Notes under the pieces: generated by a model
What the model saw: the letters and a program-made list of their open reading frames with translations, nothing else
Databases searched by the model: none
Told to the model about the DNA's origin: nothing
Part shown: one piece after another, positions 10,561 to 20,507 of the stretch
Position numbering within the stretch: position 1 is the first letter of the stretch
Layout: every line of letters begins with the position of its first letter
Program-made: the position numbers and the translations under genes
Origin: a virus
Strand: one strand, 5' to 3'
IMG/VR virus record: IMGVR_UViG_3300005805_000047
Coordinates: 64,001-128,000 of that record
DNA: 64,000 bases

Positions 10561-10809
10561 ATGACAACCAAAAAGCCAACCAAGAAAAAGACCGCTCCGA
10601 AACCAGCAGCAAAAAAGACTGCGACAAGGAAGAAGGCAGCGCCAAAACAGAAGCAGAATCTGGACAAGGATGAGCAACGCTCTGTTGATTTCACGCATCA
10701 GCACGAGGCAGCACATGTGGCCGCCGCTGAAACGGTGAAGATCAATATCATTGGGACACCGAAAAAGAAGAAGAGTCTCTGGCGAAGAATTGTGGGTTTC
10801 GGTTTTTAG
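10561..10809 (+). CDS. small Lys/Ala-rich, histone-tail-like protein
   Basis: KKPTKKKTAPKPAAKKTATRKKAAPK. Confidence 0.6.
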   Translation: MTTKKPTKKKTAPKPAAKKTATRKKAAPKQKQNLDKDEQRSVDFTHQHEAAHVAAAETVKINIIGTPKKKKSLWRRIVGFGF

Positions 10810-10835
10810 ACCCTCGCGCACTCTATGCTGAGTGC

Positions 10836-11858
10836 ATGCAATTAAGTTCATTTTCGCACTCGGAGCGAATACTTCCATGGCACCGGCTGGGAACTGCCGT
10901 ACCAGTGGGGGCAAGTGTTGACCAAATGCTTGATGCCGCCTACTGCAATTACGATGTATTCACGACAAATGTTGCGGCAGTTGATGCCGAGGGCAACATG
11001 CTTTACGGCTCAGATGGCAAACCCGTAATTATCGAAGACTCACGAGCAACAATTCGATCCAACCCGGATGGTTCATTTAGGGGAATCTCCACTGTCGGCA
11101 CAAGGTACGTGGTTCAACAAAACAGAGAGGTACTTGAGCGAGCAGCTTCGGTTGCCCGCATAATGCAGGGACTACGAGAGGACGAAACCATCAGGGTTGA
11201 TTCCTGTGGAAGCATTGGGGAAGGCCGAGAATTTTTCGCCACCATCCATTTGGGTGAAAGCATCGTTGACCCAACAGGCATTTCCGACAAACTTGATGAG
11301 TACTTAATTGTTCGGAACGGGCACGACGGAAAAACCCCAATAACATTTGTCAATACACCGATACGAGCAGTGTGTAAAAATGCAGTGCTCGTGGCAGTTA
11401 ATGAAGCAACCAAAAAAGTAACTGCCCGACACACCAAAAATGCAGACTTCGTGGTCAATGATGGGTTGGCCGTTGCCAAACAGTGGGCAGATTTGTCCAA
11501 AAAAACGAAACAAGTTGCCGAACAAATGGTTCGCATACCCATACGAAACAACGACACGGTTGTACAAACTGCCAAACATATTCTGTCGAGAGGTGCCGGC
11601 AAGAAAAGCAAGAAACATCTAGATGCAACGATTGATGCAATTGTGAATCTTTACTCAAGCCCACGCAACTCGTCTGGTTACGGGGCAAATGGGTGGTCCC
11701 TTTATAACTCGGTTATTGAATATCTGGATCACGAGCGTGATTCAAATGCAAAAGACAGAGCCGAAACGACCATGGACTCAACATCTTGGGTAAGTAAGAA
11801 AAAGCTTACCACAGCACAGTATGTGCTTGCACTAAGCGAGCATAAATCTGTGGGATGA
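10836..11858 (+). CDS. DUF932 family (phage/plasmid-like) protein
   Basis: PWHRLG, VGTRYVVQQN, NGHDG, PIRAVCKN, HT.NA, NGWSLYNSVIEYLDH. Confidence 0.85.
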   Translation: MQLSSFSHSERILPWHRLGTAVPVGASVDQMLDAAYCNYDVFTTNVAAVDAEGNMLYGSDGKPVIIEDSRATIRSNPDGSFRGISTVGTRYVVQQNREVLERAASVARIMQGLREDETIRVDSCGSIGEGREFFATIHLGESIVDPTGISDKLDEYLIVRNGHDGKTPITFVNTPIRAVCKNAVLVAVNEATKKVTARHTKNADFVVNDGLAVAKQWADLSKKTKQVAEQMVRIPIRNNDTVVQTAKHILSRGAGKKSKKHLDATIDAIVNLYSSPRNSSGYGANGWSLYNSVIEYLDHERDSNAKDRAETTMDSTSWVSKKKLTTAQYVLALSEHKSVG

Positions 11859-11862
11859 TGGT

Positions 11863-12294
11863 GTGACGACCGAAAGAGAGGCCGACATGCCAAACGATAA
11901 GGGTGGAGAGCCAGCAGATCAACCAGAATCCATCTTTGACCACCTTGCGGCGGCGATGGATGGTGAATCTCAGCAGGCACTGGCCTACAGGCATGATTTG
12001 TGCCTCATGCTTGCTGGCAAAATCAAGTCAGAATTTGGCGTGGAGGGGCTCTGTGAGCTCATTACAGGCATAGACGAAGCAGGTGGCTGGATTAGTGACA
12101 TACTGCTTGAATCGGGGGACATTGATGACTTCTTGTTCGCCCAGCACGGTGTGTATATTCAGGACTCAATCAATTTGGCACGAAAGACCGAGGCAATGAA
12201 GAAATTTCAGCGTTCTCTCTGGTCTGCAAGGCGTCGTTATGCCAAGATGATGGCAGAGGAAATCTATGCCAAATCAATCGGAACGACTGCGTAA
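11863..12294 (+). CDS. hypothetical protein
   Basis: 143-aa ORF; start may be 11887. Confidence 0.65.
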   Translation: MTTEREADMPNDKGGEPADQPESIFDHLAAAMDGESQQALAYRHDLCLMLAGKIKSEFGVEGLCELITGIDEAGGWISDILLESGDIDDFLFAQHGVYIQDSINLARKTEAMKKFQRSLWSARRRYAKMMAEEIYAKSIGTTA

Positions 12295-12325
12295 AAAACC
12301 CACCAGTCAAAAACAAATCTAACCG

Positions 12326-12718
12326 ATGAGTACCGGAAGGTCATCGGCACCCAAGCTCGCCGTCGTACGAGTTGATCGTGTTGGTCCTTGGGGTTCCGTC
12401 TATTATCACCACCTACTTGAATGCAGTCACACTGAAATTCGAAGGCGCTGCGCCAAGGTGGGTGACAAAATTGCCTGTGTGCGATGTCAGGAAATTCTTG
12501 AACGCCGCTCTGCCTTAGCAGACATGGCATCTATAAGTCAAGCATTTCATACCGATGAAGATATTGCCGCTGAAATGACACAGGAAGCCAGAATAAAGGC
12601 AAATGTCGCCGCAATGCTCGGTGTTCCAGCAGACACTGTTGATGTGGACTTACACCCAGCTCGCCGAATAACGATTTTCCTTTCAGCGCAGGAGGTGTCT
12701 AGACTGTCGGGAACTTAA
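12326..12718 (+). CDS. hypothetical protein, possible Zn ribbon
   Basis: LECSH...CVRC. Confidence 0.6.
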   Translation: MSTGRSSAPKLAVVRVDRVGPWGSVYYHHLLECSHTEIRRRCAKVGDKIACVRCQEILERRSALADMASISQAFHTDEDIAAEMTQEARIKANVAAMLGVPADTVDVDLHPARRITIFLSAQEVSRLSGT

Positions 12719-12735
12719 ACGACAGAGGAGGGGAA

Positions 12736-13026
12736 ATGTTTGAGAATGCTTCATGCGCAGGACAACCAACAGAGTGGTGGTTTCCCGTTAGGGAGGGAAA
12801 AAATCGAGCACAACTTTCAGAGATATCCCTGAATATGAAAACAGCGATGAAAATTTGCCGAGAGTGTCCAGCCTGTACAGAATGCCTGAGTTACTCACTG
12901 GAGCACAACGAAGTCGGCATCTGGGGTGGAATGGGAGAGAAGAGTCGCAAGCGAGCCAGAAGAATGATTCGAATGGGAACGCCAATTGAAACAGTCAAAG
13001 AACTTTTGGTTGGTGGTCCAAGTTGA
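12736..13026 (+). CDS. whiB: WhiB family Fe-S transcription factor
   Basis: C...WWFP...C..CP...C...GIWGG; GGAGG RBS. Confidence 0.92.
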   Translation: MFENASCAGQPTEWWFPVREGKNRAQLSEISLNMKTAMKICRECPACTECLSYSLEHNEVGIWGGMGEKSRKRARRMIRMGTPIETVKELLVGGPS

Positions 13027-14702
13027 TCCCAATCACAGATGTCCTATCGCGCCTAAACGGCGTAAAGGGTGGAGACGGTCAATGGAGTGCGCGTTGTCCA
13101 TGTCGCAATGATGACAACAACCCATCTCTGTCAATAGCAGAAGAAAATGGTCGCATTCTCATGCACTGCCATCGCGGTAGCGGTTGCGACGTATTCAAAA
13201 TTTGCGAAAGTATTGGGGTCAAGGTCGGCGACATCATGCCGGACGACCCAAAACCGAAGGGTGGCGGTCTAACGCAGGTCGCCACATACGACTACATCAA
13301 CGAAGATGGGGAGTTGTTGTTCCAAAAGGTGAGGTACCTCGACGAAAACGGGAAAAAAACCTTCCGCCAACGACGACCCAAATCAAGTGGTGGTTGGGAA
13401 TACGACCTCAATGGAACACCAAAGATTCTTTACAATCTTCCACAAGTGCTTCGTGCAAAAGCAGACAAGATTCCCATTCTGGTTGTTGAAGGCGAAAAAG
13501 ATGTAGACACACTGTCGCAACTGGGCGTGGTGGCAACAACGATGCCTGGTGGTGCTGGAAAGTGGCTTGATATACACACAGAAGCACTTGCTGGTGCCTT
13601 GGTTGATGTTATTGCCGACAACGATGAGGTTGGTAGGGAACATGCATCTTCGGTCGCAACGGCACTTGCAAATGCTGGGTGTGACGTGGCGACATTTGTA
13701 TGCCCCAACAACAAGGACATAACAGACCACCTACGCGCTGGTGGAACCATGTCGGAACTTGTCCCTCTTGAATCGGTTGCAGTTATTCCAGAGAGGGATT
13801 CACGCGACGATGCCCTTGATGCCATAGCTGACCTAATTGGTAGTTCAGCAAAAACTTCGGAGAAACTCGTTCGTATTCGAATGATTGCCAATGGTTCGGC
13901 AGCAGAAATGCCTCTCGATCAAGGTCGCCTCGTGTTCTGGCCAGAGTTTATTCGTGAAAAAGATGACAACAATTTTGAATGGGTTATACCTGGTCTAATT
14001 GAAAGAAGCGAACGGGTTATTGTCGTCGCCGCCGAGGGTGTCGGCAAAACTATGCTTGCCCGACAAGTCTCAATTCTTTCTGCTTGTGGACTACATCCAT
14101 TTTCATTTCAGCCGATACGCCCAATCCGAACCCTGTTCGTTGACCTAGAAAACCCAGAGCGAATTATCAAGAGAATCTCGCGCAAGATATTTGATGAAGC
14201 AATGAAGTTGAGCCGAATGACCGGAACTCCAGAAGCTCACCTCTTTATGAAACCTGCCGGACTTGATCTTCTTCGTGATGGCGATCGTGCCTTGTTGGAA
14301 AAGCGACTTGAGGAGACAAAACCAGAACTTATATGTATCGGCCCTCTTTACAAGTCTTTTGTAGACCCAGGTGGCAGAACATCTGAGGCGATTGCCATTG
14401 AGGTCGCAAAATACCTTGACGACATTCGCACCGCCTATAAATGTGCCCTCTGGATTGAGCACCATGCCCCACTTGGAAGCACAATGGCAACACGGGATTT
14501 GCGACCCTTTGGTAGTGCTGTGTGGTCGCGTTGGCCAGAATTTGGTATTGCTCTGCATCCTGCGATAGGGGCGGCCTTTACTTACGACGTTAAACACTTC
14601 CGGGGTGCTCGCGACGAGCGTCCGTGGCCCTTGGTACTAGCCAGAGGCAGGCAATTCCCGTTTGACACGGTTTCGTTCACCGAGGTAACGACGCACTACT
14701 AA
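13023..14702 (+). CDS. DNA primase-helicase (Zn finger + TOPRIM + RecA-like AAA)
   Basis: RCPC...HCH..C; VVEGEKD; DND..G; Walker A AAEGVGKT; FGSAVWSRWP. Confidence 0.88.
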   Translation: MIPITDVLSRLNGVKGGDGQWSARCPCRNDDNNPSLSIAEENGRILMHCHRGSGCDVFKICESIGVKVGDIMPDDPKPKGGGLTQVATYDYINEDGELLFQKVRYLDENGKKTFRQRRPKSSGGWEYDLNGTPKILYNLPQVLRAKADKIPILVVEGEKDVDTLSQLGVVATTMPGGAGKWLDIHTEALAGALVDVIADNDEVGREHASSVATALANAGCDVATFVCPNNKDITDHLRAGGTMSELVPLESVAVIPERDSRDDALDAIADLIGSSAKTSEKLVRIRMIANGSAAEMPLDQGRLVFWPEFIREKDDNNFEWVIPGLIERSERVIVVAAEGVGKTMLARQVSILSACGLHPFSFQPIRPIRTLFVDLENPERIIKRISRKIFDEAMKLSRMTGTPEAHLFMKPAGLDLLRDGDRALLEKRLEETKPELICIGPLYKSFVDPGGRTSEAIAIEVAKYLDDIRTAYKCALWIEHHAPLGSTMATRDLRPFGSAVWSRWPEFGIALHPAIGAAFTYDVKHFRGARDERPWPLVLARGRQFPFDTVSFTEVTTHY

Positions 14703-14708
14703 CAGCAA

Positions 14709-15362
14709 GTGCTGTGCCAACATGGTTATGTGGAAATATCAAAACCAATGAACAGAGAGTTGCTTGCTGAGCGCGATGCAAGAATATTTGCCCTAAAGAA
14801 GGCTGGTGTGTCCAGTCGGGAAATTGCCAAGCGTTTTGATATGACGACGTCTGCTGTGGGCAAAGCCATTCAACGCCAATTGGAAAAACTGAACCAAGAG
14901 AGTCGTTTGAATTATGTTGAAGTTCTCAGAATGGAACTAGAGAGACTCGATGCTCTCCAAGCCTCAATTTGGCCAATGACCCAGAACCGCAAACAATCCA
15001 ACCCTGACGGTACAGAGGTGAGCATTGAGCCAGATTTGAAAGCAGTTCAACAGGTTCTGTCGGTAATGGATCGGCGCTCAAAATTGCTCGGAATGGATCG
15101 AATGAATGTCAATGTAAACCTGAACGATGCCTCATCTTCGGCAGGAAACATTAGGGTCACGCTTGCTGGGGCAGAAAAAGCCGCCTCAGAAATTGACATT
15201 CACTCACCAGAGGAAGATGCCAAGAGACTTATTGGTTTAATGATGCAGGCAGGAATACTGCCGTCAGAGGAACTTGCTGCTATAGCATCAAAGAGCGGGG
15301 TGATTTTAGATGCCGAAATCTTGGAAGAGACCAACGACGGAAGTGGTGGAAGCGATGAATGA
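14709..15362 (+). CDS. HTH protein, probable terminase small subunit
   Basis: SSREIAKRF HTH plus ELERLDALQ..W and MDRRSKLLGMD, as in actinophage small terminases; start uncertain (14729 or 14748). Confidence 0.55.
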   Translation: MLCQHGYVEISKPMNRELLAERDARIFALKKAGVSSREIAKRFDMTTSAVGKAIQRQLEKLNQESRLNYVEVLRMELERLDALQASIWPMTQNRKQSNPDGTEVSIEPDLKAVQQVLSVMDRRSKLLGMDRMNVNVNLNDASSSAGNIRVTLAGAEKAASEIDIHSPEEDAKRLIGLMMQAGILPSEELAAIASKSGVILDAEILEETNDGSGGSDE

Positions 15363-15672
15363 TGTTGTATCCGAAATGACAGACACGAACATCAAGCCTG
15401 TCACTCCGACCGATGACGAACCGGGATCGCCGGCAGACAAGCAGATGTTGGTGCGGTGTACCGAGGCAGAAAAAGAACTTTGGAAAAAGGCGGCCGATAC
15501 AAACAAGGAGACACTTGCGGCCTATGTCCGCCGTGTGCTTACCAAGGATGCAGAAATTGCAACAACCTGCCAACACCCCAAATACCAAGTGAGGTTTTAC
15601 CCTTGGGGCAATCCACAGTTTTATTGCCTTCAGTGCTCATCCCGTATTTCCATGGAGCAAATAGGTAGTTAA
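15355..15672 (+). CDS. ribbon-helix-helix-like protein with C-terminal Zn ribbon
   Basis: QMLVRCTEAEKELWKKAA...LAAYVR; C.HP...C..C. Confidence 0.55.
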   Translation: MNDVVSEMTDTNIKPVTPTDDEPGSPADKQMLVRCTEAEKELWKKAADTNKETLAAYVRRVLTKDAEIATTCQHPKYQVRFYPWGNPQFYCLQCSSRISMEQIGS

Positions 15673-15691
15673 TTTCATAGTACAATAGTAA

Positions 15692-15886
15692 GTGTCACGC
15701 TTACGAATCCTCATTATTGCCACGAGTTTCCTTGTCGCTGGCTGCGGTTACGACGGACACTACAGATATGAATGTCAAGACCCAGCAAACTGGGAATCCA
15801 AGGATTGCAATCCGCCAATATGCAAGGTTGACGGTGCCTGCTCAAAGGATTTGATCGGCTTTGACTGGGAGGAGGAAAACCCATGA
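15692..15886 (+). CDS. small Cys-rich lipoprotein
   Basis: Signal peptide with LVAGC lipobox. Confidence 0.6.
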   Translation: MSRLRILIIATSFLVAGCGYDGHYRYECQDPANWESKDCNPPICKVDGACSKDLIGFDWEEENP

Positions 15887-16167
15887 AAGCGAAATACACC
15901 CCAGAGGATCTAGACGCCAGGCTGAAATTTATCGTCGGCTGCGTTCTAGGATTCGTGCTTACGGTTACAACAATCGGAGTTCTCTACGCCCTAGTATTCG
16001 TCACACAACCAATCGGCGTCCAGTCAGAGAATGACAAGATGTTCTTCGGTGTGCTTTCATCGGTCGCAACATTCATAACTGGAACACTTGCTGGGTTGAT
16101 GATTTCAACTGGTCGCAACAAGGAACACCAAGAGGATGTGGCCGGCGAGGAAGCAACCAGCGAATAA
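15883..16167 (+). CDS. small two-TM membrane protein
   Basis: Two hydrophobic segments; GGAGG RBS. Confidence 0.65.
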   Translation: MKAKYTPEDLDARLKFIVGCVLGFVLTVTTIGVLYALVFVTQPIGVQSENDKMFFGVLSSVATFITGTLAGLMISTGRNKEHQEDVAGEEATSE

Positions 16168-16185
16168 GTTTTGCCGATTGGCGAC

Positions 16186-16572
16186 ATGGCTCGATACACC
16201 AAAGAACAAATAAGGCAAGCCAACAGAATTGCCGTCTCCATGATTCCCGATCACCCTATGGGTTTCATGTCCAGCAACTTTCCGTGGTTGCTGTCCGATG
16301 TGTCACCTTGGGACATGACACTCAAAATTCTCAATCGTGGAACGGCGGTGTTCCGGCAGGACGAGATACACACAATTCAGCGAACAATAGCCAAAGACAA
16401 GCTTTTTTCCATGGTTGCCAACCCAGAAGCAGTCGTAAGTTCGCCGAAGCCGGAGGTCATTCGCGTCAATGGCGCTGACCTGATTTACAATGGACATCAC
16501 AGGTTGGCAACATTCTGGATTTACGGAGAAATAGAAGTGGAATGCCTTCTCTTGGAAGCCGAAAGGGTTTGA
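16186..16572 (+). CDS. ParB/Srx-like domain protein
   Basis: IYNGHHRLA motif. Confidence 0.55.
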   Translation: MARYTKEQIRQANRIAVSMIPDHPMGFMSSNFPWLLSDVSPWDMTLKILNRGTAVFRQDEIHTIQRTIAKDKLFSMVANPEAVVSSPKPEVIRVNGADLIYNGHHRLATFWIYGEIEVECLLLEAERV

Positions 16573-16573
16573 C

Positions 16574-16909
16574 ATGAACGGAAACACATTGGGTACATAC
16601 ACGGGAGTAATTCGTGGTGTCAAATTCAAAATGGACGAGCAACATGAACTTGCACCAGCAGAAACAGAGTTTGTCTCTGCCCTCCGTTCAATCGCCGCCA
16701 AGTACGGAAAACTTGCCGACCGAGATGGAAACGGAATCTGGGTGGGTTATGAGTCGGCAGCAGAAAACGAAAATAAACAGATTGGCGTCAAGTGCTCCAA
16801 TTGCGCTTTCTACGAGTCCGAGAAAGTCTGTCAGATTATCGCTGCTAATATAGAGCCAGATGGCTACTGTCGACTCGCGGCGATACATGACAATTTGGTG
16901 AGCAAATAG
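16574..16909 (+). CDS. small protein with HiPIP-like Cys motif
   Basis: KCSNCAFY...CQII...IEPDGYC. Confidence 0.55.
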   Translation: MNGNTLGTYTGVIRGVKFKMDEQHELAPAETEFVSALRSIAAKYGKLADRDGNGIWVGYESAAENENKQIGVKCSNCAFYESEKVCQIIAANIEPDGYCRLAAIHDNLVSK

Positions 16910-16960
16910 ACACCTTCCGAATGCTTGCCCATGGACATGGGATGGGCTAATATCAGTGCC

Positions 16961-19006
16961 ATGAAAGTACTATCACTTTTTTCTGGCGTTGGCGGCTTCG
17001 ACATGGGTTTGGAGGCGGCCGGATTCAAGACAGCATTTCAATGCGAGTGGGACAAACACTGCATGCGCGTTCTTGACAAACATTGGCCAGATGTTCCCAA
17101 ATGGGGCGATGTATCCACTTTGACGGGAGCGCACGTTATTGCTCAGGCAGGTGCGCCCGATGTAGTTGCTTGGGGAAGTCCGTGTCAAGACCTCTCCGTT
17201 GCTGGAAAAAGGGCCGGCTTGGCCGGAGTGAAATCAGGTTTATTCCATGAAGGTATCCGTATCATCAAAGAAATAAGGGAGCTAACTAATGGTCAATATC
17301 CAAGATTCTCTATTTGGGAAAACGTCCCAGGAGCACTCAGTTCCAACAAAGGCGCTGACTTTGGGGTCGTCCTCGACGAAATGGCTGAGGCAGGGGCACT
17401 GGAGCTCGAGTGGGCAGTCTTGGATGCTCAATTCTTCGGAGTCGCCCAGCGCAGAAGAAGAATCTTCCTGCTTGCTGTCTTCCATCCTGCAGACGCCTCA
17501 AGAAGTAGAGGCAAAATTTTTCCTGTCGCCGAAGGCTTGCCAAGGAATACTAAGGCGCGCGGCAAGAAGGGGAAAAGTGCTCCCGCCACAACTTCAGGAA
17601 GCACTCCGACAAGTGGCAGCGAAAGCGGAGCAGTCTCCTTCCAGCCAGGAACAATGATCCGTGCCACAGGTGGTCACTGGGACGAGCAGGCACCAACACT
17701 GAGGGCAGAAGCAAAAAGTGGCGACAACTCACCCCATGTGGCGCAACCATTCGTAAAGTCTCGTCATGCCAAAGATGCCGAAGACTACGAAACATGGATT
17801 GATGGAACAGTCGCACCAACACTAAATACATTTGAGAACCACTCGGACACACGAGCAACGGTGGCAATAGTTTCACAAGACACAGTGAACGATGTTGCCG
17901 CAACCATAACGGCAAACTATTCCAAGCTTGTCGTAAATTCCATGGCAGAAGAGGGAAACCTACTCCCCGTGACGGTCATTGACCGCGCCGCGTTCAACCA
18001 AGGTCCGAATGCTCAGTACGACACGATCATTAGGGAAGACACGGCTATTCCTGCTCTCGTCGCTCGTGGTCCACACGCAGTTGGGCAACAGGTTCAGTCC
18101 GATGACGACATAGTGTTTCATGCACACAGACAGGATGGTGTTCGACTACAGGAGAACGGAACAGTAAACACGCTCACTGCATTTATGGGAACCGGTGGAC
18201 TCAACACACCAATGGTTGCTCAAAATGGTGAGCCAGTCATTGGGTTTGAGCCAGGTGCAATGTCACGTTTGGCCTCACCTCACTATTGGGAGGAAATGAG
18301 TCCGACCCTTCGCGCCGAAATGGGAGATAATCAAGCGGCGGCAGCCATACCCATAGCAATACCGATTCAGGACGGACGCGAAATGGAAAAGAACCAAAAC
18401 GGCATGGGTGTAGGAGAGCCAAATGATCCGTCATACACCTTGGATCAAACCGGTGCCCAATCAATTGCTTATTCCGTCAGGGAAGATGCGACGGTCGGCA
18501 ACTTCAGTGCCACCGAAATAGATGTGGCAAATGCCGTCACGGCACTTCAACCTTCCCCGCAATCACACCATGCACAAACCTTTATTACTCAACCAACAGA
18601 TGATCCGATGTATTCGTTTGACACACAGTTCGGGGCAATGTCTGCTGTATTTGAAAATCAGTCGCCAACACTTAAGGCAACCCAGCTTCCCTCAAGCGTG
18701 GCATACCAGTACGACGGGTATAACCAGAAGTTAGACGAGGGCGACGGTGTATATAGGTCGCTTCGCGTGGGTAGGGATCCAAGTGACTTCGTCATGCAGT
18801 CAACATCTATGGTTATTAGGCGTTTGACACCCCTTGAATGCGAGCGCTTGATGGGATGGCCAGACGACCACACAAAATACGATGCCGAAGGAAAGGTTAT
18901 TCCTGATACTCAGCGTTACAAGATGTGTGGCAACGGAGTGGCTTCACCTGTTGCGACATGGGTTGCCAACCAAATAAAGGATGTCTACCTAGGGCAGCAA
19001 CCCTGA
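16961..19006 (+). CDS. DNA (cytosine-5) methyltransferase with very long repeated target-recognition region
   Basis: Motifs I LFSGVGG, IV GSPCQ, VI ENV, VIII QRRRR, IX RRLTPLECERL, X GNGV. Confidence 0.93.
   Translation: MKVLSLFSGVGGFDMGLEAAGFKTAFQCEWDKHCMRVLDKHWPDVPKWGDVSTLTGAHVIAQAGAPDVVAWGSPCQDLSVAGKRAGLAGVKSGLFHEGIRIIKEIRELTNGQYPRFSIWENVPGALSSNKGADFGVVLDEMAEAGALELEWAVLDAQFFGVAQRRRRIFLLAVFHPADASRSRGKIFPVAEGLPRNTKARGKKGKSAPATTSGSTPTSGSESGAVSFQPGTMIRATGGHWDEQAPTLRAEAKSGDNSPHVAQPFVKSRHAKDAEDYETWIDGTVAPTLNTFENHSDTRATVAIVSQDTVNDVAATITANYSKLVVNSMAEEGNLLPVTVIDRAAFNQGPNAQYDTIIREDTAIPALVARGPHAVGQQVQSDDDIVFHAHRQDGVRLQENGTVNTLTAFMGTGGLNTPMVAQNGEPVIGFEPGAMSRLASPHYWEEMSPTLRAEMGDNQAAAAIPIAIPIQDGREMEKNQNGMGVGEPNDPSYTLDQTGAQSIAYSVREDATVGNFSATEIDVANAVTALQPSPQSHHAQTFITQPTDDPMYSFDTQFGAMSAVFENQSPTLKATQLPSSVAYQYDGYNQKLDEGDGVYRSLRVGRDPSDFVMQSTSMVIRRLTPLECERLMGWPDDHTKYDAEGKVIPDTQRYKMCGNGVASPVATWVANQIKDVYLGQQP
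17289..17657 (+). CDS. nested out-of-frame ORF inside the C5 MTase (beta-polypeptide-like)
   Basis: AAGGGAG just upstream of the ATG; LSSIL...KFFLSPKACQGILRRA.RRGK.LP..L..AL. Confidence 0.65.
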   Translation: MVNIQDSLFGKTSQEHSVPTKALTLGSSSTKWLRQGHWSSSGQSWMLNSSESPSAEEESSCLLSSILQTPQEVEAKFFLSPKACQGILRRAARRGKVLPPQLQEALRQVAAKAEQSPSSQEQ

Positions 19007-19348
19007 GGTCTCGGAACCGGCTTTATCATTGCTGGTCCCGGATCCTTCTTCGGTTTCGGTGTTTCGGGATTCGTGGTCATACTCCCATTGTCCCATTTTC
19101 TTGTGGCGTTTCACAAGATCTAGTACTGCAGAATTAGGGGTCCCGCCCCTGCCCACCTTCTCGGCATCTGGCGATTGCCAGAAATCAACAGCATCTTCAT
19201 CTCCGCCGAACACATATTCCGAGTAAGCATCCGACCACATCCAGCCAGCATCGGCATTCGGCAGTGCATGCCACTCCCCGCCCTCATATGTGCCCCCGTA
19301 GCGGGATTGGACAACCATGATTGGATACAAATGAATCAAAATGCTCAT
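18989..19348 (-). CDS. hypothetical protein
   Basis: 119-aa ORF, YP...QSRYGGTYEGG.W. Confidence 0.6.
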   Translation of the reverse strand: MSILIHLYPIMVVQSRYGGTYEGGEWHALPNADAGWMWSDAYSEYVFGGDEDAVDFWQSPDAEKVGRGGTPNSAVLDLVKRHKKMGQWEYDHESRNTETEEGSGTSNDKAGSETSGLLP

Positions 19349-19543
19349 TTTTACAGTCTAGACAGGTTCCCCAGTTATGGCTGGGCAAATGTATCATTGG
19401 AAGCATGGTATTACCAAAGAATTTCGATAACCCAGATGAGGCATTTGCATTAGCCCAAGCCTACGCCAAATACAGACAGCGCAAGCTTCTCGGCGTGAAC
19501 AGGGAATTGCAGGACGGCCTCAAGGAAGATACGGAGAAACAAA

Positions 19544-20479
19544 ATGACCAAGCCAAATGACGAAAACGGAAGCAATGCCGCCAATTGGTGGAACTCCAAG
19601 GACAATGAAGAGTTGGAGCAACTTGAGTTTCTTCAGAAAGAAATGATGGCCGCAATGAATAAGCCATCCATGGGTCCGGATGAGGATGAAGACGAAGACA
19701 TGGGTCCCCCAGATTTGCCAGAGGACGACGAAGACATGGGTCCCCCAGATTTGCCAGAGGAAGATGAAATGGCAGACATGTCAGAGGACGACGAAATGGC
19801 GCTTGAGCCAACAGATCGCGAGATGGACATGCAGGATCGCATGAACAACCGCCGAGCACGAGTAGAACGTCGCCCAAGGATGCGCAATAGGGCTGAACGA
19901 ATGATGAAGTCCGGTGCACCACGAGATGTAATGAGCAAAGCCCTGAGGGCAGAAATGGAACTTAAGCGGGCATTTTCCCCAGAGAAACGCAAGGATCTCG
20001 CCAAGCAGGGAATGGCACTACCGGATGGTTCGTTCCCAATCGTCACCGAAGAAGATCTCAAGAATGCGATCATGGCTTTTGGTCGAGCAAAGAGCAAGGC
20101 CGCGGCAAAGCGTCACATAATGAAGCGAGCGCGAGCACTCAAGCGAAATGATTTAATTCCAGAAAACTGGGGCAAGAAAGATGCCAAAGGCGATGGAGTT
20201 ATGTGTCAAGTGACTGGAAAAATGATTCCTGCTGGATCAAAAGTGTGCCCAGAGTGCAAGGGTAACTGCGGAATGATGGGCATGAAGAGTATGTACGGTG
20301 CCAGCATGGAAATGCCTAAAAAGAAAAAGAAAATTCGCTATGGTGAAAAAGAAGCCGATATGGCTGAAATGGAAGACAATGAAATGACTTCACCAATGAG
20401 TCGCGAGGAACTTATGAAGCGTGTCTTTGGCAAGAAAAAGAAGAAGCCAATGTCCGATGAGGGCGAAGCCACAGAATAA
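19544..20479 (+). CDS. acidic/basic head-associated protein with LPDGSFPI domain
   Basis: ALPDGSFPI...DLKNAI.AFGRAK...RHI.KRA..L...IPENW domain seen in phage head/prohead proteins. Confidence 0.6.
   Translation: MTKPNDENGSNAANWWNSKDNEELEQLEFLQKEMMAAMNKPSMGPDEDEDEDMGPPDLPEDDEDMGPPDLPEEDEMADMSEDDEMALEPTDREMDMQDRMNNRRARVERRPRMRNRAERMMKSGAPRDVMSKALRAEMELKRAFSPEKRKDLAKQGMALPDGSFPIVTEEDLKNAIMAFGRAKSKAAAKRHIMKRARALKRNDLIPENWGKKDAKGDGVMCQVTGKMIPAGSKVCPECKGNCGMMGMKSMYGASMEMPKKKKKIRYGEKEADMAEMEDNEMTSPMSREELMKRVFGKKKKKPMSDEGEATE
19691..19761 (+). repeat. 36-bp-period tandem duplication (DEDMGPPDLPE x2)
   Basis: gacgaagacatgggtcccccagatttgccagagga at 19691 and 19727. Confidence 0.9.
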
Positions 20480-20507
20480 TCGCGATAGGTAGTAGGGGAA
20501 TTCTAGA

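Noticed and set aside
7513-14702. Inteins or introns in nrdJ or the primase-helicase
   Set aside because: Normal lengths and no splice-junction motifs
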